NCBI GenBank assembly: GCA_964597895.1
Contig: CAZQZS010000001.1
Coordinates: forward strand, 9,238 to 73,237
Origin: an uncultured Candidatus Saccharibacteria bacterium
GTDB taxonomy: Bacteria; Patescibacteriota; Doudnabacteria; UBA920
Length of the DNA stretch: 64,000 nucleotides
Direction of reading: 5' to 3'
Numbering within the stretch: the first letter of the stretch is position 1; each line of letters begins with the position of its first letter. The notes beneath the pieces were generated by a model that saw nothing but the letters and a program-made list of their open reading frames with translations, was not told the origin of the DNA and made no database searches. Positions 8,191 to 16,783 of this stretch are shown here, one piece after another. Position numbers and translations under genes: made by a program.

Positions 8191-8753
8191 TAGTTATTTA
8201 CGCGTTCGACGTATGCGCCGCCTTCGCGAGTATCTACGCGCACGACATCACCTTCTTTGATGAACATTGGCGCCTGCACGCTCAGTCCAGTTTCAAGCTT
8301 GACTGGCTTGGTAACGTTACCACCGCTGTTACCGGTTACTCCTGGAGGAGCTTCTATGACTTTAAGATCAACTTTAATCGGCAGTTCTATAGAAACAGGT
8401 TTGCCGTTAAATCGCAAGATGATTACTTTTAAGCCTTCGGTCAAAAATGGTTCTTGTTCGGCTGTAATCTCTTTATCAAAATCAATCGTTTCAAAAGTTT
8501 CGTTATTCATGAAGTGGGTTCCGTCCTCATCCGCATAAAGGAAATTGGCGTTTTCGCGGGTGACGTCGGCACCTTCAACTTTTTCGCCGAATTTGAAGCT
8601 GTATTCTAAAACTTTACCAGTGATGACGTTGCGTAATTTTGCTTGCATTACCGGTTTACGTTGGGCAGTGCGCATGCGGTTAGACCAGATAACCTGGAAA
8701 GGTTCACCGTTCATAAGCACAATAGCACCTAGTTTTACATCGTTAAGATCCAT
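8190..8753 (-). CDS. efp: elongation factor P
   Basis: Full-length EF-P homology (KPGKG-equivalent loop, three-domain length, ...GDVVRVDTREGGAYVERV C-terminus). Confidence 0.9.
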   Translation of the reverse strand: MDLNDVKLGAIVLMNGEPFQVIWSNRMRTAQRKPVMQAKLRNVITGKVLEYSFKFGEKVEGADVTRENANFLYADEDGTHFMNNETFETIDFDKEITAEQEPFLTEGLKVIILRFNGKPVSIELPIKVDLKVIEAPPGVTGNSGGNVTKPVKLETGLSVQAPMFIKEGDVVRVDTREGGAYVERVNN

Positions 8754-8819
8754 CGTTTTATTACTTATATTTTTCTAAATATCTTTATCATTTCCGTTCA
8801 GGCGAGAATCAATTTTTGA

Positions 8820-8847
8820 TTCTAGGATTTAGAATTTTTAATTGCAA
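8820..8847 (-). promoter_or_regulatory. putative efp promoter TTGCAA-N17-TAGAAT (minus strand)
   Basis: Read on the minus strand directly downstream of structured element B and ~65 nt upstream of the efp ATG. Confidence 0.45.
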
Positions 8848-8851
8848 ATTT

Positions 8852-8952
8852 GCCGCCCACTTTTTCGGGGGCGCTCTCATCCGCCTTACGCCCGCCTAAC
8901 AGCGGGCTATGGCGGACTGGCGCTAGCTTACCCCCTCTTAAGTGGGTGGCGG
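8852..8952 (-). ncRNA. copy B of a ~100-nt multi-helix structured hairpin element (structured RNA or REP-like hairpin); strand of function uncertain
   Basis: Outer helix CCGCCCACTT/AAGTGGGTGG encloses nested helices GGGGG/CCCCC, GCGC/GCGC, TCCGCC/GGCGGA, CCCGC/GCGGG and loop TGTTAG. It is the reverse complement of copy A (49897-49993), with compensatory changes in three helices and identical bulges. It lies 15 nt after the rpsR stop and 4 nt before the efp promoter. Confidence 0.45.
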
Positions 8953-8967
8953 AGAAGTGAAATACAA

Positions 8968-9213
8968 TTAAGCGGCCACAAAAGGCACGAGTGCCATGTG
9001 GCGAGCCCGCTTTAGCGCGATGGTAATCATGCGCTGGTGCTTAGGGCAAGACCCAGTGCGGTTGCGGGATAAAATTTTAGAGTGTGGAGACATGAAGCGG
9101 CGCAAAGTTTGGGTGTCTTTGTAGTCTACAGTGCTAACTTTATTAGCACAGAAATAGCAGACTTTTTTGACTGGTGCCGCGTCACGGTCTCGATTGTTCT
9201 TATTGTAAGCCAT
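8968..9213 (-). CDS. rpsR: 30S ribosomal protein S18
   Basis: KKVCYFC...VDYKDTQTLRRF...IALKRARHMALVP is the canonical S18 sequence. Confidence 0.9.
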   Translation of the reverse strand: MAYNKNNRDRDAAPVKKVCYFCANKVSTVDYKDTQTLRRFMSPHSKILSRNRTGSCPKHQRMITIALKRARHMALVPFVAA

Positions 9214-9237
9214 AGTTATAATTGATAATAGTACAAT

Positions 9238-9332
9238 GTCATCCCTGGCGCCGAAGGCGACTGGGGATCCATTAGCTGTGTAGTGGATTCCCGGTTCCTC
9301 GTCCCGCTTTGCGGAACTCGGCCCAGGAATGA
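9238..9332. repeat. copy 2 (95 bp, inverted relative to copy 1) of the GTCATTCC...GGATGAC repeat family
   Basis: Plus strand reads GTCATCCCTGG...CCAGGAATGAC. Its reverse complement shares the termini and the AACCGGGAATCCACTACACAG core with copy 1. Located between ssb and rpsR. Confidence 0.6.
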
Positions 9333-9343
9333 CAAATTTGGAT

Positions 9344-9835
9344 TTAAAAAGGAATATCGTCTACATTAATGTCTTCGCCCTGCTGAATAGTAGGGAGTTC
9401 TTCTACAGGTTCTGGCTGAGACATTGCTGATCCAGCCATTGCGCCTGCGCCTGCACCGGCACCTGCGGCTGCATAGCCTCCGCTGGCACTACCGTCACCA
9501 CGACCGCCATCTAACATAATCATGTTATCAGCGATAATTTCGGTTTTGTAGTTCTTCTTTCCGGTCTGTTGGTCGTCCCAGCTGCGGGTCTGCAAGCGGC
9601 CTTCAATATAGACGCGCTGGCCCTTTTTTAGGTATTGAGCAGCAATCTCGCCGAGTTTACGCCAGAGCACCACATTGTGGTATTCAACGTTTTCTACTTT
9701 TTGGCCAGTTTGCTGGTTGGTGTAGACGAAGTTAGTAGCAAGACCAATCTGACAGACGCTGGCGCCAGAAGGTGTAGTCTTGAGTTCTGGATCACGGGTC
9801 AGACGACCGATGATCATTGCTTTGTTTAAATCCAT
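9344..9835 (-). CDS. ssb: single-stranded DNA-binding protein
   Basis: OB-fold N-terminus (MDLNKAMIIGRLTRDPEL...), a Gly/Ala-rich linker and an acidic DDIPF tail. ATG at 9835 chosen; the ORF track extends 55 codons further upstream. Confidence 0.85.
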   Translation of the reverse strand: MDLNKAMIIGRLTRDPELKTTPSGASVCQIGLATNFVYTNQQTGQKVENVEYHNVVLWRKLGEIAAQYLKKGQRVYIEGRLQTRSWDDQQTGKKNYKTEIIADNMIMLDGGRGDGSASGGYAAAGAGAGAGAMAGSAMSQPEPVEELPTIQQGEDINVDDIPF

Positions 9836-10032
9836 ATTCGTAGTTCCGGTTTCTTGGCCGCAGTTTTCTGCCCGGCAAAGCCGTGCTTGCAAACTGCTTT
9901 TGGCCGATAGCTTTGTCGTTTTACTGCGCTGCTCACTTTGCGTACTTACCAGTACGCGCCGTTCGCTGCTCGTAAAATTCCTCGCTCTCGACCAAACCAA
10001 GGAACCTTGGTTAATGGTTTAAGTTTAAATTC

Positions 10033-10503
10033 TTAAGCGACTTCTTCGTTGAGTGCTTTTTCAATTTCTTCTTCCAACTTTTCGTTGGTCACAGGCGCGG
10101 CCTTTTTGGCCGACTTAGCTTCTTTAGCAGCAGGAGCTTCGCTTGCATCTTCTGCAGGAATGCGTCGCTTGATTTTGGACTGCACGATACGGTCTTTTTC
10201 TAAGCGTTCTAGGTGCTCGTCAATGTTGACGATGATGTGTCGGATGATGTTCGCTTTTTGAGTGCGAATCTTGGCATCCAATGCAGCAAGACCTTTGCCT
10301 TCCATGTCAAAATTGATTACCCCGTAATGACCGTTACGGGTCTTACCAATTTGGTAAGCGAGTTTCTTTTTGCCCAATTGTTCGTGGGCAAGGTTCTGTC
10401 CGCCAAAATCAGCAACCATTTGCTCGATTTGGCTAGACGTGGCAGGTACCTGATCATCAGATACGCTAGAGGCGAGAATGTACATAAGTTCATATCTCGG
10501 CAT
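10033..10503 (-). CDS. rpsF: 30S ribosomal protein S6
   Basis: MPRYELMYIL... S6 N-terminus with an acidic/Lys-rich C-terminal tail. Classic rpsF-ssb-rpsR gene order. Confidence 0.9.
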   Translation of the reverse strand: MPRYELMYILASSVSDDQVPATSSQIEQMVADFGGQNLAHEQLGKKKLAYQIGKTRNGHYGVINFDMEGKGLAALDAKIRTQKANIIRHIIVNIDEHLERLEKDRIVQSKIKRRIPAEDASEAPAAKEAKSAKKAAPVTNEKLEEEIEKALNEEVA

Positions 10504-10694
10504 AAGGAATTTCTCCTTATTCCTACGCCCTATTTGGCGCAGGAAACATTAATTAATTGTACAATCTTGGCCTTGGCTAGGGGATTGCCTGGTTCTATAT
10601 TAGCAGAGCTAAATAAAAAAAGAACCAAGAAAAACCTAAATTTGAGCCAAAATTTCCTTAATTCTACCTAAAATCTTTGGTTTTGGCAAGTACC

Positions 10695-10717
10695 AAAAAA
10701 GACCCATTTGGGTCTTT
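10695..10717. terminator. bidirectional terminator A6GACCCA-ttt-GGGTCTTT
   Basis: Perfect hairpin with an A6/T-run, between the ychF stop and the rpsF upstream region. Confidence 0.6.
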
Positions 10718-11792
10718 AGACATTGAAGAGAAAGTGTACCACATCGCCGTCTTGAACGACGTATTCTTTGCCTTCGGTGCGGAGCCAGCCTTTGGCTCGG
10801 GCATTGGCATAAGACCCAGCCTCTAAAAGCTTGTCCCAAGCAATGGTCTCTGCGCGGATGAAGCCGTGTTCAAAATCTGTGTGAATTACCCCGGCAGCCT
10901 GCGGCGCTTTGGTACCGGCCGGGCAAGTCCAGGCCTTGCTTTCTTTTGGACCGGCAGTAATGAAGGTGATCAATCCCAAAGTTTTGTACGCAGAAGTAAT
11001 AATCCGATCCAGGCCGCTTTCTTTCATACCAAGTTCATTCATATATTCGGCGCGGTCTGCGTCTTCTAGTTCGGCCAACTCGCTTTCTAGTTTTGCGTCC
11101 ACGACAATGGCATTCTCCGGCAGGGAAGCGGGGATGTTTTCGAACTGATGTGTGTTCATATCAAAAGTTGAATTGAACGCATACAAGAACGGTTTGGTGG
11201 TTAGCAGTTGAACTTCTTTAGCAGCTTCTTTTTCTTCTTCGCTCAAGGTGACTGTGTTGGCCATCTGACCAGCTTCTAGCGCTGTTTTGTACCGTTCTAA
11301 AACACCTTGGCGAATCTTCGCCATCCGGTCACCAGACTTCACTTGCTTCGCATTAGACTCTAAGCGTTTTTCCACGTTGGCTAAATCAGCCAGCTGAAGC
11401 TCGATTGCAATAGTAGCCATATCACGTTCGGCGTCGACGTTGCCAGCCACGTGAATGATGTCATTGTTACTAAAAACGCGAGTCACTTCCATAATGGCGT
11501 CTACTTCGCGAATGTGAGATAAAAATTGATTCCCTAAACCTTCACCTTTGTGCGCGCCGGAAACCAAACCAGCGATATCCACGAACTCTATAGTAGTTGG
11601 AACTATCTTTTCAGATTTTTCTTGAGCTGCTAATTTAGCAAGGCGTTCATCGGGTACGGCAACAACCCCAACGTTTGGATCGATGGTGGCAAAAGGATAG
11701 TTCGCAGCTTCAACCTGCGATTTGGTGATGGCGTTAAATAAAGTGGACTTACCAACGTTTGGCAGTCCAACGATTCCGATTTGAAAGCTCAT
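10716..11792 (-). CDS. ychF: ribosome-binding ATPase YchF (Obg-family GTPase with TGS domain)
   Basis: GIVGLPNVGKSTLFNA P-loop, NVAGNVD G4-like motif, and a C-terminal TGS domain (...GKEYVVQDGDVVHFLFNV). ATG at 11792. Confidence 0.9.
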   Translation of the reverse strand: MSFQIGIVGLPNVGKSTLFNAITKSQVEAANYPFATIDPNVGVVAVPDERLAKLAAQEKSEKIVPTTIEFVDIAGLVSGAHKGEGLGNQFLSHIREVDAIMEVTRVFSNNDIIHVAGNVDAERDMATIAIELQLADLANVEKRLESNAKQVKSGDRMAKIRQGVLERYKTALEAGQMANTVTLSEEEKEAAKEVQLLTTKPFLYAFNSTFDMNTHQFENIPASLPENAIVVDAKLESELAELEDADRAEYMNELGMKESGLDRIITSAYKTLGLITFITAGPKESKAWTCPAGTKAPQAAGVIHTDFEHGFIRAETIAWDKLLEAGSYANARAKGWLRTEGKEYVVQDGDVVHFLFNV

Positions 11793-12004
11793 AACTTGAA
11801 TATTGTGCCTGAAAACGGTCGTTTTGTCCATCGTTTAAGTCTGCTACAATAATAGTGTCCGAATTCTACTTAGGAGGTAATGAATGAGAGATCATTGTCC
11901 CTACGCACGTCGATTCCGCACGAGATTTTATACCACGCCGGTACGCAGTTTCGTACCACCATGGATGCGGCGATATAAACGACGTTGTTGATCTTTATCT
12001 TACC

Positions 12005-12035
12005 GAGCCCTGCCAATCGCGGGGCTTTTCTTTTC
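12005..12035 (+). terminator. hairpin GCCCTGC-caat-GCGGGGC + TTTTCTTTTC
   Basis: Stem-loop plus U-tract directly after the 32-codon unannotated ORF (11880-11978). Confidence 0.5.
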
Positions 12036-12050
12036 ACTTATTGACATTGG

Positions 12051-12069
12051 CCCGAAAATTGAGTATAGT
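12051..12069 (+). promoter_or_regulatory. sigma70 promoter TTGACA-N17-TATAGT
   Basis: 11/12 match to consensus; -35 at 12051-12056, -10 at 12064-12069. Drives the ORF at 12147. Confidence 0.6.
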
Positions 12070-12146
12070 GTTAATTACCGCCTAGCAGTTTTTGGTGTAT
12101 CGAATAGGGGATGTGTCCAAAATTCAAAATAGGAGAAATATAGTGT

Positions 12147-12446
12147 ATGCAAACTGCTTCTGCCCAAGTCGTGAGCCTGATGGAAAGTGGTACGATCGGA
12201 TTGGCGAGCCTTAGCCCGTCGCTCAGAGAGTCTTTAAAATCGTCGCTTAAAAAAGATTGTTGTCCCGACATGAAAGACAGCGACGTCGAGAAAGTGTTTC
12301 GGAATATCCTCGGTGCAACCACGTTCGACGTTAAGTCGCACGGCATGCCCGATGACGGTTACGTCACTTTCGAGAGCGTGATCCCCGGTCACAAAAAACT
12401 TTTCGTCACTTCCCGCATGCGACTGCAGCAGTACATTCGCGCATGA
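12147..12446 (+). CDS. hypothetical protein (99 aa)
   Basis: AGGAGA RBS, own promoter and strong terminator. Local GC content (~52%) is higher than surrounding DNA. No recognisable motif. Confidence 0.55.
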   Translation: MQTASAQVVSLMESGTIGLASLSPSLRESLKSSLKKDCCPDMKDSDVEKVFRNILGATTFDVKSHGMPDDGYVTFESVIPGHKKLFVTSRMRLQQYIRA

Positions 12447-12451
12447 ACCCC

Positions 12452-12490
12452 GCGGCCCAGCTTTTACAAGCTTGGGCCGCTTTCTTTTTC
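12452..12490 (+). terminator. rho-independent terminator GCGGCCCAGCTT-ttac-AAGCTTGGGCCGC + TTTCTTTTT
   Basis: 12-bp perfect stem plus U-tract. Confidence 0.7.
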
Positions 12491-12532
12491 CACATTGCCA
12501 TTTGATATAATAAAAGAAAGTCTGGAGGGACT

Positions 12533-12877
12533 ATGGCACAAATCAGTTCAGCACCTTTTATCTATATCAAAGAGGTTTGGTCTGAGCATCAGGCCGAATT
12601 CTATGAGCGCGAAGCCGAATGGCTGTTAGCTAATCTTGGAGGGCGTCTGCGCAAGCAAACTTTTCGGAGTAGCGAAGATTTTGCTCTAAGTATTCTTGAA
12701 TACCTCTTTGCTACAAACTGGTTTCGATCGGTCCGGCGCGGGCGCTGCCAGGCAATTATCTTGGAACGCAAGCGCGGGCAAATGTTTTTCGTTATTCGTA
12801 TGCAGGATATTCCTGCGATTAGAACTTGGGCAAATCGTCGGCATCAAAGTCGGCGACACCTGAGGAGAAGCGTGTGA
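12533..12877 (+). CDS. hypothetical basic protein (114 aa)
   Basis: GGAGGG RBS and a TGaTATAAT extended -10 at 12503-12512 upstream. Arg-rich C-terminus. Confidence 0.5.
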   Translation: MAQISSAPFIYIKEVWSEHQAEFYEREAEWLLANLGGRLRKQTFRSSEDFALSILEYLFATNWFRSVRRGRCQAIILERKRGQMFFVIRMQDIPAIRTWANRRHQSRRHLRRSV

Positions 12878-12896
12878 AAACGCGCTTTTTAGTTTT
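12869..12896 (+). terminator. hairpin GCGTG-tgaaaa-CGCGC + TTTTTAGTTTTTT
   Basis: Overlaps the stop codon of the 12533 gene. Confidence 0.5.
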
Positions 12897-12976
12897 TTGC
12901 ATGATTGACAAGATAATATCAATGGCTTATTATAGTCAGTTAGTATAAAGTGAAGAAAAATTTAAAGGAGTGGATT

Positions 12977-13501
12977 ATGAGTGAAGTTGCAAGTACTTTG
13001 GCAGGCTCGCGGAGTCCGTATGAATTTGGGAAATCTTTAGAATACTCGGTCAAGCTAAAAGTTGATCGCAGTATAAGCGCGCATGATCGGTTGAGTGCTA
13101 CTTTCGTCGGCGGCCGGATTTTATCTGGCACATTCCAAGGGATTGAGCTGCTTCCGTTCAGAAGCAATTTGCCGGATGAAGTTGAGCTGGTGTTTTTTCC
13201 TGTCGAAGGGTATTGCGAAAGCGCCAAGCATGAAAGGGTGAGGCGCGGATTGGTTCAGGATATTGCTGCTCAATTTGCCTACAATGCAATAGATCCCAAC
13301 TTTGCTGACTGGCATGATAACGTTGACCTGTGGCGAGGCAAAAACGGACAATGGGAGTTTGTTAGCTTTTGGAAGAACGAAGACGAGGAATACAGCCGGG
13401 TTACTTTCGGAACTCACGGTGATAGTATTAGGATCTTCGATCGTCCGCCGGTGGCCTGCGGGATTCGACTTCCATCCATGGGTTCGACATCTTTGGTATA
13501 G
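12977..13501 (+). CDS. hypothetical protein (174 aa)
   Basis: AAAGGAG RBS and a TTGACA-N17-TATTAT promoter at 12909-12937. ATG at 12977 preferred over the track's 12950. Confidence 0.5.
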   Translation: MSEVASTLAGSRSPYEFGKSLEYSVKLKVDRSISAHDRLSATFVGGRILSGTFQGIELLPFRSNLPDEVELVFFPVEGYCESAKHERVRRGLVQDIAAQFAYNAIDPNFADWHDNVDLWRGKNGQWEFVSFWKNEDEEYSRVTFGTHGDSIRIFDRPPVACGIRLPSMGSTSLV

Positions 13502-13594
13502 CCGGGGGTGCTTGCTAGTTACTACCCACTGCATTTGCGGTGGGCTTTTTATTTCCCTTTTCAGGCATCAGTTCAAATTGCTATACTATGCAAT

Positions 13595-14974
13595 ATGAAC
13601 GTAGAACCATCCATTTTCAAAGCTTACGACATCCGCGGGATTTACCCGACTCATTTAAATGAAGAGACCGCATACGCGGTTGGTCGTGCTTTTGCGACAT
13701 TAATGATTGGAGAAAATCAGGGCCGCCAGCTAACTGTTGGCGTGTCCAGAGACATGCGTGTTTCATCTGAATCACTAAAAGCCGAGATGATTCGTGGCAT
13801 CACTGACACGGGTGTGAATGTGGTAGACATGGGTTTGCTTTCAACAGGCGCTTATTATTTTGGCGTGAGCTATTTTAATTTAGATGGTGGGGTTGAGATT
13901 ACTGCTTCCCACAATGGCAAAGAATATAATGGTTTTAAAATTGTCCGCACTCGTAGTGTGGCTATGGGAGGTAAGACAGGTATTAGCCAGATTCATGAAA
14001 TTATTTCTAAAGATACCTTTTTACCTGTCACCGATAAAAAAGGAACTGTGGAAGTCAAAGAAGGTGTAACTGATTTATCTATCGATGAGTTTTTGAAGTT
14101 TACTCCTAACCATAAAACAAAGCCTTTAAAGATAGTATTAGACCCTGCCAACGCCATGGGTATTGTCGATATGGACGCATTGTTTGCTAAGTTTGGGGAA
14201 GACTGCGAACTGATAAAAATGAATTACGAACTGGATGGCACATTTCCAAACCATGAAGCTGATCCTTCTAAGCCGGAGAACCGCGTGCAAATTTCCGAGA
14301 AGGTTAAAGAAGTTGGTGCTGACTTAGGCATTACCACGGATGGTGACGACGACCGTATTTTTATAATCGACGAAAAAGGTGATACCATCCCATCTTCTAT
14401 TTTGTACACGCTCATGGCTAAGATTGAACATGAGGAGAATCCGGGCGAACCGCTAGCTTACGAGATTCGTTTAGGTAATCTAATCGAAGAAGAATTCCCG
14501 GACGTTAAGTTGGTCCAGACCCCAGTAGGACATTCACTGATTAAAGCCGAGATGATTAAGCATCATGCTTTGTTTGGCGGTGAAATTAGCGGTCACTACT
14601 TCTTTCGTTTGCCATGGGGAACCTACGAAGCACCAATGCTTCTTGTAGTTAAATTCCTCACATGGCTGTCTACCCAAAATCAACCGTTGTCCGAGTTAGC
14701 CGCGCCTTATAAACGTTATGTTTCTTCCGGAGAGATCAACGCTTCGGTGGGGACTCGTACAGAGATTGAACGAATTATTTCAGCTGTAAGAGAGAAGTAT
14801 AAAGACGGCGATGAGATTACTATCGATGGGGTAAAAGTTTCTTACCCTGACTACTGGTTCAGCGTGCGCGCTTCCAACACAGAACCGTTAATTCGACTAG
14901 TAGTTGAAGCGAAGGACCGTGGTGTAATGGAGCAAAAACGAGACGAGCTACTTGCCATGATCAAGTCAAATTAA
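13595..14974 (+). CDS. phosphomannomutase/phosphoglucomutase (alpha-D-phosphohexomutase)
   Basis: TASHNGKEYNGFK active-site Ser loop, GITTDGDDDR metal-binding loop, and GGEISGHYFF sugar-binding loop. ATG at 13595 (MNVEPSIFKAYDIRG). Confidence 0.85.
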   Translation: MNVEPSIFKAYDIRGIYPTHLNEETAYAVGRAFATLMIGENQGRQLTVGVSRDMRVSSESLKAEMIRGITDTGVNVVDMGLLSTGAYYFGVSYFNLDGGVEITASHNGKEYNGFKIVRTRSVAMGGKTGISQIHEIISKDTFLPVTDKKGTVEVKEGVTDLSIDEFLKFTPNHKTKPLKIVLDPANAMGIVDMDALFAKFGEDCELIKMNYELDGTFPNHEADPSKPENRVQISEKVKEVGADLGITTDGDDDRIFIIDEKGDTIPSSILYTLMAKIEHEENPGEPLAYEIRLGNLIEEEFPDVKLVQTPVGHSLIKAEMIKHHALFGGEISGHYFFRLPWGTYEAPMLLVVKFLTWLSTQNQPLSELAAPYKRYVSSGEINASVGTRTEIERIISAVREKYKDGDEITIDGVKVSYPDYWFSVRASNTEPLIRLVVEAKDRGVMEQKRDELLAMIKSN

Positions 14975-15002
14975 GCCGGACCTCATTGGTCCGGTTTTTT
15001 TT
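14974..15002 (+). terminator. rho-independent terminator CCGGACC-tcatt-GGTCCGG + T8
   Basis: Perfect stem plus U8, followed by a TGaTATACT extended -10 for the next operon. Confidence 0.7.
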
Positions 15003-15027
15003 GATATACTACGCTTAAGGAGGGATT

Positions 15028-15336
15028 ATGGAGATTAGTGAAGACAGAGTAATCGAAATTATGCGCATCGGAGCTGAAGTTCCAAGTTTTCATTCAAATC
15101 TGGTCAAAATAGTTGAAACCAATCCCCAGTATTCTTTCATAGATGATTTAGGGGAAGCGGCTTTACCCGGCCTGCGAAAATTATTGGCCGAAGACTTCGA
15201 TGATCACTTGGTGGTTGTTTATCTTCTTGGTAAGCACGAATCCAATCAGCCTGATATTCCAGAAGAGAGTCGCGGGCGAGTGAAGCAGTTACGACAGATT
15301 TGGCTGGAGTTTTTCAGAGAAAAGAATTTTGTTTAA
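15028..15336 (+). CDS. hypothetical acidic protein (102 aa), first gene of a 3-gene small-protein operon
   Basis: AAGGAGGG RBS with an extended -10 upstream. No motif recognised. Confidence 0.5.
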   Translation: MEISEDRVIEIMRIGAEVPSFHSNLVKIVETNPQYSFIDDLGEAALPGLRKLLAEDFDDHLVVVYLLGKHESNQPDIPEESRGRVKQLRQIWLEFFREKNFV

Positions 15337-15348
15337 GTAGGAGGGCTT

Positions 15349-15576
15349 ATGCTTACAGAAAAGCAGATAGATAAAGCCGCAAAGTTGGAAGCCTTGACTA
15401 GTGGCTATCATCGCACTGGTTTAACTGCTAGCTGCGCGCCGCAAAGATGTCCGATAGTTGTGGCTAGTTCGGAGGAGGGCGAGAAGAAAACTGCAAAGGT
15501 GTCAATCAGTTTGGAAGAAAATCCTGTCACAGGAGAACGACGCCTTGTGCAAAAATATCGGAGGGAAGATGTATAG
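15349..15576 (+). CDS. hypothetical protein (75 aa)
   Basis: TAGGAGGG RBS. Contains a CAPQRC pair of cysteines. Confidence 0.45.
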   Translation: MLTEKQIDKAAKLEALTSGYHRTGLTASCAPQRCPIVVASSEEGEKKTAKVSISLEENPVTGERRLVQKYRREDV

Positions 15577-15796
15577 CATAGAGACATTGATGGATATGAT
15601 TTTCACCGAAGCTGCCGATGGTCCAGCACCGAAATGCATGGATAAGATGACTACTGCGGAACTTCGCGACATGCAAAGGCGAAGCGCTGAAACATACTCC
15701 AGGTTGCCGCTAGCTAAATCTGCAAAACCGAGAGTTTTGAAGGCTCGCGTACTCCTAGACGATGAATCAGGAGGAATGCGCATGCGCTTTGTCTGA
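15569..15796 (+). CDS. hypothetical protein (75 aa)
   Basis: GGAGGG RBS. The ATG at 15569 overlaps the previous stop by 8 nt, suggesting translational coupling. Confidence 0.45.
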   Translation: MYSIETLMDMIFTEAADGPAPKCMDKMTTAELRDMQRRSAETYSRLPLAKSAKPRVLKARVLLDDESGGMRMRFV

Positions 15797-15810
15797 ATCA
15801 ATCAGAAATA

Positions 15811-15844
15811 AAAACGGCCTAGCTTACAGCAGGCCGATTTTTTG
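15811..15844. terminator. bidirectional terminator AAAAA-CGGCCT-agcttacagc-AGGCCG-TTTTTTGTTT
   Basis: Serves both the + operon and the convergent trpS; the trpS stop lies in the loop. Confidence 0.7.
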
Positions 15845-16783
15845 TTTAACTTCTTCCATTGTTTTGCTGGCAATTTCGCGGGCACGCTCGGCGCCGTCTT
15901 CGAGAATTTTGTCGAGTTTCTTTTTATCTGCCAGTAGAGCAGATTTTTTCTTGCGGAAGTCTGCAAAGTAGTTTGAGACTGACTTAGCAAGTTCGGTTTT
16001 TAAATCGCTGTAGCGAATGTCGCCTGATTTTTGCGCTGCAACAAACTGTTTGTGAGTGGCTTCGTCGCCGAAGTAGGCGAGGAGATCTAACAGGTTCTGC
16101 GCCCCTTCAGGAGTGGTCACAGCCTTTTTGAGTTTTGCTTCAATTTCATTCGGTGAATCATCTATATATAAAGGTTCGTCACCGGTTTTGCTCATCTTCT
16201 TTGCCGGGTCTTTGAGACTCATTATGCGCAGCGGCTTTTTTACAAAAGGCTGAGGCTCTGGGAAAGTTTGGCTAAATTGCTTGTTGAATTTCCGAGCGAT
16301 TACGCGAGAGAGTTCGATGTGCTGAACTTGATCTTCACCAACAGGAACAAAATTGGGTTTGTACATCAAGATGTCTGCAGCCATGAGCGCGGGGTAGGTG
16401 AGGAGTCCTGCATTAACAGAATCCTTTTGTGCGCGACCCTTATCTTTATATTGGGTCATGCGTTCTAATTCTCCAATCGGTGTGATGCAGTTAAAAATCC
16501 AAGCTAGTTCGGCATGTTCTAAGACATGATTTTGAATGAAGATAACTGACTTTTTTGGATCAAGTCCTGCGGCGATATATTCAGCGGCAACTTCAATTGT
16601 ATCTTTGCGAAGTTGCTTTGGGTCGCGGGGGACAGTAAGGGCATGCAAATCCGCGACAAAAAAGTAGCATTGCAGCTTACCCTCATTTTGAATGTCTATA
16701 AATTGCTTTAACGCACCTAAGTAGTTGCCAATATGCATGCGGCCAGTGGCCTGCACGCCGGAGAGAATCGTCTCTTTTTTCAT
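15824..16783 (-). CDS. trpS: tryptophan--tRNA ligase
   Basis: Class I HIGN motif (TGRMHIGNYLG) and KMSKT (KMSKS-like) motif. No T-box leader; the upstream gap is only ~120 nt. Confidence 0.9.
   Translation of the reverse strand: MKKETILSGVQATGRMHIGNYLGALKQFIDIQNEGKLQCYFFVADLHALTVPRDPKQLRKDTIEVAAEYIAAGLDPKKSVIFIQNHVLEHAELAWIFNCITPIGELERMTQYKDKGRAQKDSVNAGLLTYPALMAADILMYKPNFVPVGEDQVQHIELSRVIARKFNKQFSQTFPEPQPFVKKPLRIMSLKDPAKKMSKTGDEPLYIDDSPNEIEAKLKKAVTTPEGAQNLLDLLAYFGDEATHKQFVAAQKSGDIRYSDLKTELAKSVSNYFADFRKKKSALLADKKKLDKILEDGAERAREIASKTMEEVKQKIGLL

Noticed and set aside
12071-12346. Minus-strand 91-aa ORF overlapping the gene at 12147-12446
   Set aside because: The plus-strand gene has a promoter, an SD and a terminator. 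The antisense ORF has none.
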